From Octopus vulgaris (lineage: Eukaryota), in NCBI GenBank assembly GCA_951406725.2, contig OX597822.1:91636001-91700000 (forward strand): a DNA stretch of 64,000 nt. The letters are read 5' to 3'. Below are positions 62,176 through 64,000 of this stretch, in pieces. Below the pieces are notes generated by a model. It saw only the letters and a list, made by a program, of their open reading frames with translations. It was not told the origin of the DNA and did not search any database. Position 1 is the stretch's first letter. Each line of letters begins with the position of its first letter. Position numbers and translations under genes: made by a program.

Positions 62176-62734
62176 AATTTAAATAACATATTTGGGGAAA
62201 TCATTACATAATTATATCAATGAAGAAATAATTCGGGTATAAATTACGTGTGATGTTATTATTTATTAACAAAAATGGTCATTATAATACCCCTGTGATA
62301 AGTAGAGTAAGGCTAATATCAACCCTACAACTTAAATGGTCAGCTAATATTTTTAAAAAAATAGCATTGTTTGGGTCTGTTAAAATACAAACACAAATTT
62401 AATAAAATATTCAAGGAAAATTTAAGAAGGAGCCTTAAATACTAAAGGGCATAATAAATAAATAGGTACGGTGAGGAATCTGTTGTTATGCTATGAATAC
62501 ATCTAAGAAAATTTCTAATAATTATTTAAATGACAAAAATTTTCATTTTTGTGAAATATAGCTAAAGGGAGATAACTATGCAAAACCATTTAAACATTAA
62601 AATATATGAAGATCTATTAGCTTATACTCCTCATAAATTTCAACATTTAAATATTAACATAAATAAGCTTTTAAAATAAATTATCTGGTTATGTGATATA
62701 ATATACAATATATAACATATAACATATGATATAT

Positions 62735-63200
62735 AGGCGCAGGATTGGCTGTGTGGTAAGTAGCCTGCTTACCAACCACAAGGTTCCAGGTTCAGTCCCA
62801 CTGCGTGGCACCTTGAGAAAGTGTCTTCTACTATAGCCTCGGGCCGACCAAAGCCTTGTGAGTGGATTTGGTAGACGGAAACTGAAAGAAGCCTGTCGTA
62901 TATATATATAATTATAATTATCAAGTACTTACCCCGAATTTCTATATATATATATTTATATATATATATGTATATATATGTGTGTGTGTGTTTGTGTGTC
63001 TGTGTTTGTCCCCCAACATTGCTTGACAACCGATGCTGGTTTGTTTACGTCTCCGTAACTTAGCGGTTCAGCAAAAGAGACTGACAGAATAAGTACTGGG
63101 CTTACAAAGAATAAGTCCTGGGGTCGATTTGCTCGACTAAAGGCGGTGCTCCAGCATGGCCACAGTCAAATGATTGAAACAAGTAAAAGGGTAAAAGAGA
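62735..63200 (+). mobile_element. Family-1 SINE, full length
   Basis: aggcgcaggattggctgtgtggtaag...aagtaaaagggtaaaagag. Confidence 0.85.
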
Positions 63201-63201
63201 G

Positions 63202-63255
<54 letters not shown>

Positions 63256-63279
63256 TATCACACACATAAGTGTAAATAT

Positions 63280-63632
63280 GCAACCACATGGTTCTGGGTT
63301 CAGTCCCATTGTGTAGGACCTTGGTTAAGTGTCTTGTACTATAGCCTCAGGCTGACCAAACTCTGTGAGTAGACATGGCAGACGGAATTGGAAAGAAGCC
63401 CATCGTATATATGTATGTATATGTTTGTGTGTCTGTGTTTGTTCCCCCCACACGCTTGACAACCGATGCTGGTGTGTTTTTGTCCCTGTAACTTAGCAGT
63501 TCGGCAAAAAGAGTCCAATAGAATAAGTACAAGGCTTACAAAGAATAAGTTCTGGAGTCGATTTGTTCAACTAAAGGCAGTGCCCCAGCATGGCCACAGT
63601 GAAATGACTGAAAGAAGTAAAAGAATAGAAGA
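63280..63632 (+). mobile_element. Family-1 SINE, slightly 5'-truncated
   Basis: caaccacatggttctgggttcagtccc...aagtaaaagaatagaagaa. Confidence 0.8.
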
Positions 63633-63650
63633 ATGTATATATATATAAAC

Positions 63651-64000
63651 CAACGTAAACATGCTTATTGGAAAAGCATACGCTGTAAGAACATAGCCAA
63701 CATTTACCAAAACTGGGGGGACATGAAGAGCCCAACACTCCCTAGAAAATTCCTTACCAAAGAATTAAGGGGTGAAACACTAGAAGAAACAACAATGCGT
63801 GCAAACCTAGCCCTTTGCCGACTAGAAACGGAAATTTCCCTTCTACAAACACGAAGTTTACACCAGGAAGATAAGATTAAAACAATTGATACTGTCATAA
63901 TGGCCGAAATAACAGAAAGGAACAATAACCAAAACGAAGAAAAACTACAACAATCATGGAAAGAGGATACCAAACGAGAGGAGAAAAGATCCAGAGTTAT
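63651..64000 (+). other. Uninterrupted reading frame running off the window; likely LINE ORF1-like fragment
   Basis: QRKHAYWKSIRCKNIANIYQNWGDMKSPTLPRKFLTKELRGETLEETTMRANLALCRLETEISLLQTRS...LQQSWKEDTKREEKRS; about 116 codons without a stop, helical character. Confidence 0.45.

Overview
AT-rich, microsatellite-rich animal genomic DNA. The repeat families and tRNA-derived SINE set suggest an octopus/cephalopod genome (inference). The window holds six phase-compatible, GT-AG-bounded coding exons of one minus-strand gene (40502 down to 1037). They encode an AIP3-type domain and a coiled-coil motif typical of the SRCIN1 (p140Cap)/KIAA1217 (Sickle tail) family; the gene ends lie outside what can be resolved here. 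Almost everything else is intronic or upstream transposon material: about 20 SINE copies of at least 3 families, RTE, CR1 and R4/Dong LINE pieces, Gypsy remnants, one complete Tc1 and one mariner fossil, non-autonomous Helitrons, and Penelope-like elements (PLEs). The most interesting signal is a dense set of more than 10 type-I hammerhead ribozyme motifs (CUGANGA...GAAA-palindrome-NUH). They are tied to Naiad-type GIY-YIG ORFs that lack an adjacent RT, to inverted pseudo-LTR pairs and to fold-back palindromes centred on the ribozyme. Two nearly identical Dong retrotransposons sit inside the poly-Asn (AAT)n coding tract of one of these PLEs. Most ORF-track entries are microsatellite or SINE artefacts.
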